NCBI RefSeq assembly: GCF_003918875.1
Contig: NW_025767135.1
Span: forward strand, 2,232,001 to 2,296,000
Reading direction: 5' to 3'
Length of the DNA: 64,000 nt
DNA from: Haliotis rubra
Taxonomy: Eukaryota
Shown: in pieces, positions 26,570-39,280 of the stretch
How positions within the stretch are numbered: the first letter of the stretch is position 1
Layout: each line of letters starts with the position of its first letter
Translations under genes and position numbers: made by a program
Notes under the pieces: generated by a model
The model's input: only the letters and a program-made list of their open reading frames with translations
What the model was told of the DNA's origin: nothing
Databases searched by the model: none

Positions 26570-26899
26570 TCTCAGGAACTGATTTGACCACACACTAGAC
26601 ATTTTCTTTTCCTGATCCATTGTGGATTCTTTGCAAATATTGGCCGACCAGACACTATATAATGGATATTCCACGCGAACACTATACAAACCCGACAACG
26701 CAATAACAAAACATGCATAAACATGAGAGAACATCATAGGAAGGATGCAGGACAGCCACGTGCACAGGGCAGTATGCAAGTATGGTACTTTTGATATGGT
26801 TTGACGCGTGGACATGGCGACACATTGTACCACCTGAAACACATCTATCAGTGGAACGAAACGTTATACTAATACAGAATGTGTATGTTTCATTCTCAG

Positions 26900-27140
26900 T
26901 GTTTGCTTTTAGTTTAACGCTGCACTATGATAATAATCGAGCTATATGGCGGCGGTCTGTAAATAATGGTGTCTGGACCAGAGAATCCAGTGATCAATAT
27001 CATGAGCATCGATCTACGCAGTTGGGATACGATGACATGTGTCAACCAAGTCAGCGAGCCTGACCCCCGATCCCGTTAGTCACCTCTTACGACAAGCATG
27101 GGTTACTGAAGGCCAATTGTAACCCTGATCTTCACGGGTT
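26900..27140 (-). mobile_element. SINE family B
   Basis: 5' end ACCCGTGAAGATCAGGGTTAC; approximate TSD CATTCTCAG. Confidence 0.92.
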
Positions 27141-27203
27141 ATTCCATTCTCAGCTCCTGGAGGACAATACAACCCTAGCTGTCATTCAGGCGCTAGAAGG
27201 TTA

Positions 27204-27290
27204 CATCCTACCGGATACCCTTTAACTGCTGAGTGATCAGGCGTAGTGTGTGCCGCAGAGAAGCAGTGTTAGATGGGATTCTAACCCATG
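27204..27290 (-). mobile_element. CORE-like SINE fragment (second copy ~38988-39080)
   Basis: ATCCTAYCGGRTACCC..ACTGCTGAGTGA..TAGTGTGTGCCGCAG shared by both loci; degenerate B box. Confidence 0.45.
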
Positions 27291-27536
27291 TTCATGTGTA
27301 CATCCATATTTCCAAAGGCATCGATCTCCCCTCCCCTCACAAAAAAAAGGAAAAAAAGGGAAAAAGGAACACAAAAAAACGAAACAACAAACCAAAATCC
27401 AGAAGATATTTAAATTAAATTAAACAAAACAAACAAACCAAAAACAATCAAACTAAAAAAAAACTAAAACCAACAAAACCAAAATAACCTTAAACGTATT
27501 TTAAATAAACAAAATGTCCCACATAGTGTTGCTGAG

Positions 27537-27705
27537 ACTGAGTGAATGAATATGGTTTTGCCCCGCTTTTAGCAATATTCCAACAAATATCAACACGGGG
27601 GGCACCAGAAATGGGCTTCACACATTGCACTCGTACGGGGAATCGAACCCGGGTATTAAGCGCGACGAGTAGACGCGTTAACCATTAGGCTACCTAACCG
27701 CCCCC
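27537..27705 (-). mobile_element. SINE family A
   Basis: Alignment to the other copies. Confidence 0.88.
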
Positions 27706-27899
27706 TGAAACCGAGGAAGCGGCAGACGTTGGTAACCTTGTTAATGTGTTTGCTCGTCACGCGGATAACCCGGGTTCTAATCCAGGCAAAGTAAAGACAA
27801 ACTTCTGTTTCCTGATTGGCTGATAAAAGAATGGACGGGGCTTGTATGCCATTATTGCTATGTTTATGCTTTGTGTCTGTGTGTAATTTCCTCTCTGTC

Positions 27900-28535
27900 N
27901 NNNNNNNNNNNNNNNNNNNNNNNNNNNNNNNNNNNNNNNNNNNNNNNNNNNNNNNNNNNNNNNNNNNNNNNNNNNNNNNNNNNNNNNNNNNNNNNNNNNN
28001 NNNNNNNNNNNNNNNNNNNNNNNNNNNNNNNNNNNNTCAGTTCCCAATTAAGTGGCCATATAAGTCTGCATTNNNNNNNNNNNNNNNNNNNNNNNNNNNN
28101 NNNNNNNNNNNNNNNNNNNNNNNNNNNNNNNNNNNNNNNNNNNNNNNNNNNNNNNNNNNNNNNNNNNNNNNNNNNNNNNNNNNNNNNNNNNNNNNNNNNN
28201 NNNNNNNNNNNNNNNNNNNNNNNNNNNNNNNNNNNNNNNNNNNNNNNNNNNNNNNNNNNNNNTCAGTTTCCAATTAAGTGGCCATATAAGTCTGCATTGA
28301 TGTGAGAGCTAATATTAACCTTTAGTAACCCATGCTTGCGTAAGAGGCGACTAACGGGATCGGGTTGTCAGGCTCGCTGACTTGGTTGACACATGTCATC
28401 GGTTCCCAATAGCGCAGATCGATGCTCATGCTAATGATCACTGGATTGTCTGGTCCAGACTCGATTATTTACAGACCGCCGCCATATAGCTGGAATATTG
28501 CTGAGTGCGGCGTAAAACTAAACTCACTCCCTCAC
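27900..28535 (+). mobile_element. Composite family-B SINE preceded by a repeated module, with N gaps at 27900-28036 and 28073-28262
   Basis: TCAGTTYCCAATTAAGTGGCCATATAAGTCTGCATT at 28037 and 28263, running into AACCTTTAGTAACCCATGC and the B body. Confidence 0.75.
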
Positions 28536-28592
28536 CATTCATTCATTCATTCATTCATTCGTTCATCTAATTGTATTAGTTCATGTATTTAG

Positions 28593-28763
28593 GGGGGCGG
28601 TGGGGTAGTCTAGTGGTTAAGGCGTTCGCTCGTCACGCCGAAGACCCGGGTTCGATTCCCCACATGGGTACAATGTGTTAAGCCCATTTCTGGTGTCCCC
28701 CGCCGTGATATTGCTGGAATATTAATAAAAGCGGCGTAAAACCAAACTCACTCACTCACTCAC
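28593..28763 (+). mobile_element. SINE family A, near-consensus, 12-bp TSD
   Basis: TSD TCATGTATTTAG; head CGCTCGTCACGCCGAAGACCCGGGTTCGATTCCCC resembles tRNA-Asp(GTC). Confidence 0.95.
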
Positions 28764-29191
28764 TCATGTATTTAGTAGGATTGACTGAAATGTTTCTTTC
28801 ACTCATACTCAGGATGTCCCTGGATGTCATGTTGGCCGCTTGTACAAAGCAACCTTTGCGTCTAGGATAAATAACTCCTCCCTATACAATAGGCTCACCG
28901 TAGTAGATAGCACTAAGATTGCTTATTGGAATGAAGCCTTAGAATGTCATGGGCTATTGTGATCCTTACCACTACATCAACAATGATGAGGCAAGGATGC
29001 CTGCCAAATTTCCAACCTGGTCATTTTTCGAGGTTCTTTCCAAACATCCAATACTGTGTGATCGCATGACACCCGGAAGTGACTGGACAGAGTTCAGACT
29101 ACATACAAGGCCATTATGGCCACTGTGACATGTTACGCCATGTTGACCTTTGTCAGCGTAATCAGTGATCTCGTATCGATCGCTGAGGTAT

Positions 29192-31883
29192 GCAGTGGGG
29201 ACGTATGTCTGTGGACTGATAGCAGTGGGGACGCATGTCTGTGGACTGATAGCAGTGGGGAGTATGTGTGTGGACTGATAGGAGTGGGGAAGTATGTCTG
29301 TGGACTGATAGCAGTGGGGACGTATGTCTGTGGACTGATAGCAGTGGGGAAGTATGTCTGTGGACTGATAGCAGTGGGGAAGTATGTCTGTGGACTGATA
29401 GCAGTGGGGAAGTATGTCTGTGGACTGATAGCAGTGGGGAAGTATGTCTGTGGACTGATAGCAGTGGGGGAGTATGTCTGTGGACTGATAGCAGTGGGAA
29501 AAGTATGTCTGTGGACTGATAGCAGTGGGGGAGTATGTCTGTGGACTGATAGCAGTTGGGGAGTATGTCTGTGGACTGATAGCAGTGGGGGAGTATGTCT
29601 GTGGACTGATAATAGTGGTGACGTATGTCTGTGGACTGATAGTAGTGGGGAAGTATGTCTGTGGACTGATAGCAGTGGGGAAGTATGTCTGTGGACTGAT
29701 AGCAGTGGGGAGTATGTCTGTGGACTGATAGCAGTGGGGAAGTATGTCTGTGGACTGATAGCAGTGGGGAAGTATGTCTGTGGACTGATAGTAGTGGGAA
29801 GTATGTCTGTGGACTGATAGAAGTGGGGAAGTATGTCTGTGGACTGATAGAAGTGGGGAAGTATGTCTGTGGACTGATAGCAGTGGGGAAGTATGTCTGT
29901 GGACTGATAGAAGTGGGAAGTATGTCTGTGGACTGATAGAAGTGGGGAAGTATGTCTGTGGACTGATAGAGAGGGGAAGTATGTCTGTGGACTGATAGCA
30001 GTGGGGAAGTATGTCTGTGGACTGATAGAAGAGGGGAAGTATGTCTGTGGACTGATAGAAGTGGGGAAGTATGTCTGTGGACTGATAGCAGTGGGGAAGT
30101 ATGTCTGTGGACTGATAGAAGTGGGGAAGTATGTCTGTGGACTGATAGAAGTGGGGAAGTATGTCTGTGGACTGATAGAAGTGGGGAAGTATGTCTGTGG
30201 ACTGATAGTAGTGGGGAAGTATGTCTGTGGACTGATAGAGAGTGGGGACGTATGTCTGTGGACTGATAGAAGTGGGGAAGTATGTCTGTGGACTGATAGA
30301 AGTGGGGAAGTATGTCTGTGGACTGATGGAAGTGGGAAGTATGTCTGTGGACTGATGGAAGAATGTCTGTGGACTGATAGTAGTGGGGAAGTATGTCTGT
30401 GGACTGATAGTAGTAAGGGGAAGTAAGACTGATGATAGTAGAGTGGGAAGTATGTCTGTGGACTGATAGTAGGGGGGAAGTCTGGACTGATAGACTAGGA
30501 GAAATATGTCTGATGGACTGGATAGACTGATAGTAGGGAAGTATGTCTGTGGACTGATAGAAGTGGGGAAGTATGTCTGTGGACTGATAGTAGTGAGGGG
30601 AAGTATGTCTGTGGACTGATAGAAGTGGGGAAGTATGTCTGTGGACTGATAGTAGTGGGGAAGTATGTCTGTGGACTGATAGGTAGTGGGGAAGTATGTC
30701 TGTGGACTGATAGAAGTGGGGAAGTATGTCTGTGGACTGATAGAAGTGGGGAAGTATGTCTGTGGACTGATAGTAGTGGGGAAGTATGTCTGTGGACTGA
30801 TAGAAGTGGGAAAGTATGTCTGTGGACTGATAGAAGTGGGGAAGTATGTCTGTGGACTGATAGTAGTGGGGAAGTATGTCTGTGGACTGATAGCAGTGGG
30901 GAAGTATGTCTGTGGACTGATAGAAGTGGGGAAGTATGTCTGTGGACTGATAGAAGTGGGAAGTATGTCTGTGGACTGATAGCAGTGGTGACGTATGTCT
31001 GTGGACTGACAGCAAGTGGGACTGATAGTAGTGGGAAGTATGTCTGTGGACTGATAGAAGTGGGGAAGTATGTCTGTGGACTGACGTATGTCTGTGGACT
31101 GATGGAAGTGGGGAAGTATGTCTGTGGACTGATAGTAGTGAAGTATGTCTGTGGACTGATAGTAGTGGGGAAGTATGTCTGTGGACTGATAGAAGAGGGA
31201 AGTATGTCTGTGGACTGATAGCAGTGGGGAAGTATGTCTGTGGACTGATAGCAGTGGGGAAGTGGGGAATGTCTGTGGACTGATAGAAGTGGGGAAGTAT
31301 GTCTGTGGACTGATAGAAGTGGGGAAGTATGTCTGTGGACTGATAGAAGTGGGGAAGTATGTCTGTGGACTGATAGGAGAGGGGAAAGTATGTCTGTGGA
31401 CTGATAGCAGTGGGGAAGTATGTCTGTGGACTGATAGAATAGGGGAAGTATGTCTGTGGACTGATAGAAGTGGGGAAGTATGTCTGTGGACTGATAGAAG
31501 TGGGGAAGTATGTCTGTGGACTGATAGAAGAGGGGAAGTATGTCTGTGGACTGATAGCAGTGGGGAAGTATGTCTGTGGACTGATAGCAGTATGTCAGAC
31601 TGATAGCAGTGGGGAGTATGTCTGTGGACTGATAGCAGTGGGGACGTATGTCTGTGGACTGATAGTAGTGGGGGACGCTATGTCTGTGGACTGATAGTAG
31701 TGGGGGAGTATGTCTGTGGACTGATGGCAGTGGGGAAGTATGTCAGTGGGGGAGTACGTCTGTGGACTGATAGCAGTGGGGAAGTATGTCTGTGGACTGA
31801 TAGCAGTGGGGAAGTATGTCTGTGGACTGATAGAAGTGGGGGAGTATGTCTATGGACTGATAGCAGTGGGGACGTATGTCTGT
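29192..31883. repeat. Tandem minisatellite, 30-bp unit, ~90 copies
   Basis: AGTATGTCTGTGGACTGATAGCAGTGGGGA. Confidence 0.97.
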
Positions 31884-31949
31884 ACACTATGTGTTATTAG
31901 TTGATATACTTTCAACACGTGCAGAACCTCCTTCTGTTAGCCCTGTCAC

Positions 31950-34531
31950 CCTGAAAATGGATACCTTGTATCCTTATAGATACAAGCACAACTTTATGAC
32001 AAGCGTACATCCACACAACACCATACAACGGGTATTTCCTCGTTCTGCTAGCCCTGAACATGGATACCTTGTACCCTTATAGATACAAGCCCAGCTTTAT
32101 GACAAGCGTACATCCACACAACACCATACAACGGGTATTTCCTCGTTCTACTAGCCCTGAACATGGATACCTTGTACCCTTATAGATACAAGCACAACTT
32201 TATGACAAGCGTACATCCACACAACACCATACAACGGGTATTTCCTCGTTCTGCTAGCCCTGAACATGGATACCTTGTACCCCTATATAGATACAAGCAC
32301 AACTTTATGACAAGCGTACATCCACACAACACCATACAACGGGTATTTCCTCGTTCTGCTAGCCCTGAACATGGATACCTTGTACCCTTATAGATACAAG
32401 CACAACTTTATGACAAGCGTACATCCACACAACACCATACAACGGGTATTTCCTCGTTCTGCTAGCCCTGAACATGGATACCTTGTACCCTTATAGATAC
32501 AAGCACAGCTTTATGACAAGCGTACATCCACACAACACCATACAACGGGTATTTCCTCGTTCTGCTAGCCCTGAACATGGATACCTTGTACCCTTATAGA
32601 TACAAGCACAACTTTATGACAAGCGTACATCCACACAACACCATACAACGGGTATTTCCTCGTTCTGCTAGCCCTGAACATGGATACCTTGTACCCTTAT
32701 AGATACAAGCACAACTTTATGACAAGCGTACATCCACACAACACCATACAACGGGTATTTCCTCGTTCTACTAGCCCTGAACATGGATACCTTGTACCCT
32801 TATAGATACAAGCACAACTTTATGACAAGCGTACATCCACACAACACCATACAACGGGTATTTCCTCGTTCTACTAGCCCTGAACATGGATACCTTGTAC
32901 CCTTATAGATACAAGCACAACTTTATGACAAGCGTACATCCACACAACACCATACAACGGGTATTTCCTCGTTCTACTAGCCCTGAACATGGATACCTTG
33001 TACCCTTATAGATACAAGCACAACTTTATGACAAGCGTACATCCACACAACACCATACAACGGGTATTTCCTCGTTCTGCTAGCCCTGAACATGGATACC
33101 TTGTACCCTTATAGATACAAGCACAACTTAATGACAAGCGTACATCCGCACAACGCATACAACGGGTATTTCCTCGTTCTGCTAGCCCTGAACATGGATA
33201 CCTTGTACCCCTATAGATACAAGCACAACTTTATGACAAGCGTACATCCACACAACACCATACAACGGGTATTTCCTCGTTCTGCTAGCCCTGAACATGG
33301 ATACCTTGTACCCTTATAGATACAAGCACAACTTTATGACAAGCGTACATCCACACAACACCATACAACGGGTATTTCCTCGTTCTACTAGCCCTGAACA
33401 TGGATACCTTGTACCCCATATAGATACAAGCACAACTTTATGACAAGCGTACATCCACACAACACCATACAACGGGTATTTCCTCGTTCTACTAGCCCTG
33501 AACATGGATACCTTGTACCCCTATAGATACAAGCACAACTTTATGACAAGCGTACATCCACACAACACCATACAACGGGTATTTCCTCGTTCTACTAGCC
33601 CTGAACATGGATACGTTGTACCATATAGATACAAGCACAACTTTATGACTAACATACATCCACACAACGGATACAACGGGTATTTCCTCGTTCTACTAGC
33701 CCTGAACATGGATACCTTGTACCCCTTATAGATACAAGCACAACTTTATGACAAGCGTACATCCACACAACACCATACAACGGGTATTTCCTCGTTCTAC
33801 TAGCCCTGAACATGGATACCTTGTACCCCTATAGATACAAGCACAACTTTATGACAAGCGTACATCCACACAACACCATACAAGCGGGTATTTCCTCGTT
33901 CTGCTAGCCCTGAACATGGATACCTTGTACCATATAGATACAAGCACAACTTTATGACAAGCGTACATCCACACAACACCATACAACGGGTATTTCCTCG
34001 TTCTGCTAGCCCTGAACATGGATACCTTGTACCATATAGATACAAGCACAACTTTATGACAAGCGTACATCCACACAACACCATACAACGGGTATTTCCT
34101 CGTTCTACTAGCCCTGAACATGGATACCTTGTACCATATAGATACAAGCACAACTTTATGACAAGCGTACATCCACACAACCCATACAACGGGTATTTCC
34201 TCGTTCTACTAGCCCTGAACATGGATACCTTGTACCCATATAGATACAAGCACAACTTTATGACAAGCGTACATCCACACAACACCATACAACGGTATTT
34301 CCTCGTTCTACTAGCCCTGAACATGGATACCTTGTACCCTTATAGATACAAGCACAACTTTATGACTAGCGTACATCCACACAACCCATACAACGGGTAT
34401 TTCCTCGTTCTGCTAGCCCTGAACATGGATACCTTGTACCCTTATAGATACAAGCACAACTTTATGACAAGCGTACATCCACACAACACCATACAACGGG
34501 TATTTCCTCGTTCTGCTAGCCCTGAACATGG
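31950..34531. repeat. Tandem minisatellite, 103-bp unit, ~25 copies
   Basis: CGTTCT recurs at 32041, 32144 and onward; highly homogeneous units. Confidence 0.97.
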
Positions 34532-35389
34532 CTACCGGCTACCCTCGGGGATACGCTCACTGGTTTCACACTTTGGAAAAATGTGGAAGTGTACATTTGT
34601 ATGGTAAAATTATGAGTGTTAAGAACATTAAAACGACCCCTAAATCCATTAACCCCGGACCTCATGATCCGGCGTTTCACACATACTGTTATGAACAATG
34701 ACGAACGCGAGGACCGTCTAGACAGTATCGGCTAGGTGGCTGAATCGTGCAAGGATTCCTACCGTATAATTATAGTCATGTTTAATGCGCCGGCGATGAT
34801 GAATATTACTCTTTGGTCGTGACGCTGATTTCTAATTTCGCCATAATGCCGTGTGACCACGCCCTGTAAAGGAGGAGAGTGACTCAACTCAAATTAACAC
34901 TACAATTAGTAATATCTCCACCCTTAGCCAATGAGCTCGCCTGCTCTTCAATAGATCACGGGTGGACGAACAGGGAAGGTCTATTGTTCTGTAGGGATGG
35001 GAGGTGGTCGAACGAAGCATATAGTGCATGGGACATTTAACGTTGCTGATGTCGATGATCTGCACATGACGTCTCTAAGCGACGCAGGGTACATCAGAAG
35101 CAAAATGGTTTCTTTACCCGAATGTGGATGGACAATTTATTTGGTTGAAGAAGCATTATTCTTTATAGGATAGAGACGGACGAGGAGAATGTATCATTTG
35201 AAACAGAATGGATGGTAGTTGAATTGCGTTATTGCGGGGGAATGTTCCGCTTCACCAGGCAGAACTCTCTTTGTAGGTTTAAGACAAATACGTTTTCCTT
35301 GTTAGAGAGTGGATATATCCTAGGAAATATGGCTTCTTTTTAGGAGAGTAGCAAACGGCTTCATTTTACGACAACAGATATCTCGCGGG

Positions 35390-35870
35390 TCAAACGACGT
35401 TTGACGAGAGCTGATACGTCACAGGCAAAAACATCTTTATACCAACAGGATACGTAACGGGGCAAACGTTTTTTGACGAAAATGGATACGTCATGGGGCA
35501 AAAGTTTTCATCTTTATACCAACCGAATACGTCATGGGACAAACGTTTTTTGACGAAAATGGATACGTCAAGGGGCAAAGTCATCTTTATACCAACCGAA
35601 TACGTCATGGGACAAACGTTTTTGACGAAAATGGATACGTCAAGGGGTAAAGGCATCTTAATACGAACCAGATACGTCATGGGACAAACGTCTTTTGACG
35701 AGAATGGATACGTCAAGGGGCAAACAACGTTTGATGAGAGCAGATGGGACAAATGCTTCTTTTCACGAGAACCGATACGTCAAGGAACAAACGGCTTCCA
35801 GGCGAGATAGGATACGTGACGAGATTTACTGGCTTCTTGACGAGAGCGGATACGTCACGAGGCAAAGGCT
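35390..35870. repeat. Degenerate tandem repeat, ~37-bp monomer / ~75-bp dimer
   Basis: TGACGAAAATGGATACGTCA at 35474, 35551 and 35623; flanked by a ~100-bp direct repeat (35180-35277 / 36426-36527). Confidence 0.8.
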
Positions 35871-36119
35871 TCCTGGAATTCATATGAATATAAAGGGCTT
35901 CTCTTGAGCAGATTGGGACAGAAAAGTGTTCTTGTTTTCTTGTGTTTATTATTTTTTTTTTTTTGGGGGTGGGGGTGGCTGATAAGTCAAGGAGCAAATG
36001 GCTAGGTTAGGTAGCAAATAAAATCTTGGAACTGAGTAAATCACAAGACGATTGTTTTTTTATATTAGAACTGAAGTAACAGCTCCTTTGTGTCTGAGCG
36101 GTTATGTCTACATGGTATG

Positions 36120-36300
36120 AATTCCTAGTTTTAACCTTCCACACTAGTTTTAAATCTAATTGTGATCTTCTAGTTGTTTTACTGTCCTTCGATGGCAGGT
36201 TTTATAATATATACCTATTCCATTACAATGTAAAATGTTCTCGTCACGATATGAAAGAAATATTGCCGATGTGACGTTAAATATTAACTCACTCACTCAC
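36120..36300 (+). mobile_element. Probable 5'-truncated LINE 3' UTR stub (I/Nimb-type tail)
   Basis: Ends GAAATATTGCCGATGTGACGTTAAATATTAA(CTCA)n like the SINE tails, but has a different body; similar to 50545-50692. Confidence 0.6.
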
Positions 36301-38798
36301 TTGGTACGAGAGTGGAAACATCACTAGGTAATATACATTTGCTTTGTAGGTGAGTTGAATGAATCTTCACTAGAATATATATTTTTCTTTGTACGAAAGT
36401 GGAAACATAACGAGAGTGGATATATCCGAGGGATAATGTACGATTTGAAACAGAATGGATAATAGCTGAAATGTGTTATTGCGAGGGAATGTTCTGCGTC
36501 ACCAGGCAGATATATCTTCTTTGTAGGAGAGTGGAAACTTTATCATTAAATATATACATTCGTTGTACGAGAGTGAATATATTGCATGGCCAATAATAAG
36601 CTAGAAATGAATACCGTTGTATAGAAACAGTTCGAAAGAACAGCTACACCGCTGCAGTGAATAAGTCCCGTGACATAATATGACACTCGTCCCCGGAAAG
36701 TGTTCACAAACAACAGTGTCGAGGTCTATTCACCAGTAAACTTGAGGTCACACCCGTGCTCCGTCATCCGTAACATCTACAGCTACATCGGTTACATCTA
36801 CATCAACATTCATCCATCGTTAGCATGTCGACCACTTGTTTTACGTGACCCGAAAATACAACAGTTATATCTCATATACACGTCTCAACTGTTATCAACT
36901 GGCCCCTATAAACACCGACCCAACAAGGGGTGTTCGCTGATCATACCCGACCCCCATAGCGCACGACAGTTGTAGTTGCCATCCCCCTCCCTACAACGCG
37001 TCCCCCTCTTCTAACAAGCCTCTCGAGCCAGCTGGAAGGGCCGGACGCTTTGCTGCGGCCTTTGTGACGTTGCGCAAGTACATGACGCCATCTTTTGTCC
37101 ACGGCTGAGTAATGATCACGTAATAACGGGGAAGACGCCGCCGACCCTACTAACCACATGCCTCTCTCGAATGTTAATGATGACTCGCAGCAATATTGCC
37201 CTTACCCCTCGGCGAGGGCTTTGTCTCCGAGATGCTATCCGAAGGGCGTTGTCCCCGCGTAGCGACAGCGCCGTGGAGCGTCGTGGCTGTTGCTGACATT
37301 GGCGAGAGACGGGATCGCCTTGGGCACTTCATCCCTAGCCGTTCCACCTCACCGTGGACGAACGGTTGAGCGTGGGCATCCCATATGGGTCTCAATGGCT
37401 GGTCCTCCACTGTTGTTTGTCACTGGTCGCGGGTCTGGATGACGGGGTGGTGGAGTGGCGGGGGTGTTGCACGTGGCAGAAGACGGTCATTGTTTTAGGA
37501 CTGGTCACAGATGTGTCCTATGTGCTGAAACGCTTCATTGTGGTGTCATTGCCATAGTAACAATAACATTGCCATCGTGTGTGTCAAGGTGTTATTTTAA
37601 TCACACATTTCCAGATCTGTTTGCATATTCAAATGGACGAGGATGGAGAAAAATAGCACTGACAAGAGTTCACTTCACACACCAAATGATTGTCAGTTTC
37701 CAGCAAGAAATGAAATACAACCTTTATATATTATTTAAAACTTTGTCTAAAAGGTCATTTTTGTTAATTAAAGGCACACAGAATATATTGATGGTAATGA
37801 TGAAGATGGCACCGGTAATTATGATTATTATGATGATAAAAAATTGCCCATTTGTAGAAGCAGGAACATCGGTGGTAATGGAAGTAAATTAGTACAATAG
37901 TACAATACTACAATCGTACAATTCATTGTTTGTATCAATAATGCTGTATCCCAACCAATCCTGAAAATATGATTTTCATCTCAATCTCCCCCTAAAAGAA
38001 TACCAATCACTCAAAACGATCGATCGATCGATCGATCATCCATCCTCTCTCCATCCATCCAACAAACAAACAAACAAACAAACAAGGAAGGAGCTGAGGA
38101 ACGCGTTAGAAATAGGTCATTGTTTTGAATTTGTCACTGATGGCCACAGTACAATGGTTGTACATGAAGCACATCCTGGTGGAGCCGCTACCATGGTTTA
38201 TGTCACTTTGTTCTTTCACCACACTTCCGCATGAGTTTGTGTAAATTTAGGAGATATACATCGTGTTCTCACGTCACCATTTCCCCACAAAATAGCAAAA
38301 TATAATTTAAACACTTTCGAAATTTAGTGACGCATTCATATTCATATTTTTTTGCGAACGGAAAATGTCATGCTTGTGTAACCCCCAGATAGTAAAAAAA
38401 ACCATCCTGTGAGAATATTTATGTGTTTAATGGTTGAATTTCTTTTAAAGCTGTCACCCAAAACCCCAGGGGTAAAACCATCCTCACCAAAGTGTAAACG
38501 TTGTAATGTCGTCGTTGACGTTGTTCAATGAAGTGTGACAGCTCGCAGCACGTCACGGTATTCGGTCTCTCTGCGGAAGATAAAACACTTTAATATGTAC
38601 AATTAATGAGCTCTATTGACAAGTGCAGTCCGATTAGGTTTGTGTTGTAAACAAACCACACCACTGTGACAAACGCGAGCCGGAATGTGACACAGCGATG
38701 CATTTGAGGATGAAATGAACAGATCACTACAAAAGGGTTGTGACTATGGATGAAGAAAGATAAAAGTTCAAATAGTCAAGGTTATTATCTCATCCAAT

Positions 38799-38980
38799 GG
38801 CGGTGGGATAGCGAGTGGTTAAATCATTTGCTCGTCACACCGGGGATCCGGGTTCGATTTCCCTTATAGGGTACAATGTGTGAAGTCCATTTCTGGTGTC
38901 CCCGTCGAGATATTGCTGGAATATTTCTAAAAGCGGCGTAGACTAACGCGTCGTAAACTAAACTCCCTCACCCACTCACT
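38799..38980 (+). mobile_element. SINE family A
   Basis: Alignment to the other copies; ATCTCATCC flanking repeat. Confidence 0.88.
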
Positions 38981-39280
38981 AACATCTCATCCTATCGGGT
39001 ACCCATTCACTGCTGAGTGAATGAGGTAGTGTGTGCCGCAGTGTGATTGGTAGAGAATCATAGCTAAATGGGAATCGAAAGTAGGAATATAATCAAAAGA
39101 AAATAAACACCTAGTTTGACAGTGGCTTGAAATGAAGCAATCAAGAAATGGTTATTCTATGGTGATGTGTTTGATGTGTTAATTTCAAGACTGAAAGCAG
39201 TCTCAGAGGCACTGCAAACCTGAGGTACAGAAACACAAAGTGATACCCGTATAAACAGCATCACCATATAATAATCATTT

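Noticed and set aside
28593-28665. tRNA-Asp gene
   Set aside because: No proper acceptor stem or poly-T terminator; it continues into a SINE body and is bounded by a TSD.
30350-30540. Scrambled units within arrays (also ~2280-2420, 23170-23240, 57150-57360)
   Set aside because: Most likely consensus or polishing errors; cannot be interpreted without reads.
29162-31015. 617-aa ORF and overlapping ORFs
   Set aside because: These are translations of the 30-bp minisatellite; the frame shifts freely with unit indels.
31950-34607. ORFs up to 217 aa; CRISPR-like appearance
   Set aside because: The 103-bp unit is not a multiple of three, units are contiguous with no unique spacers, and there are no cas genes.
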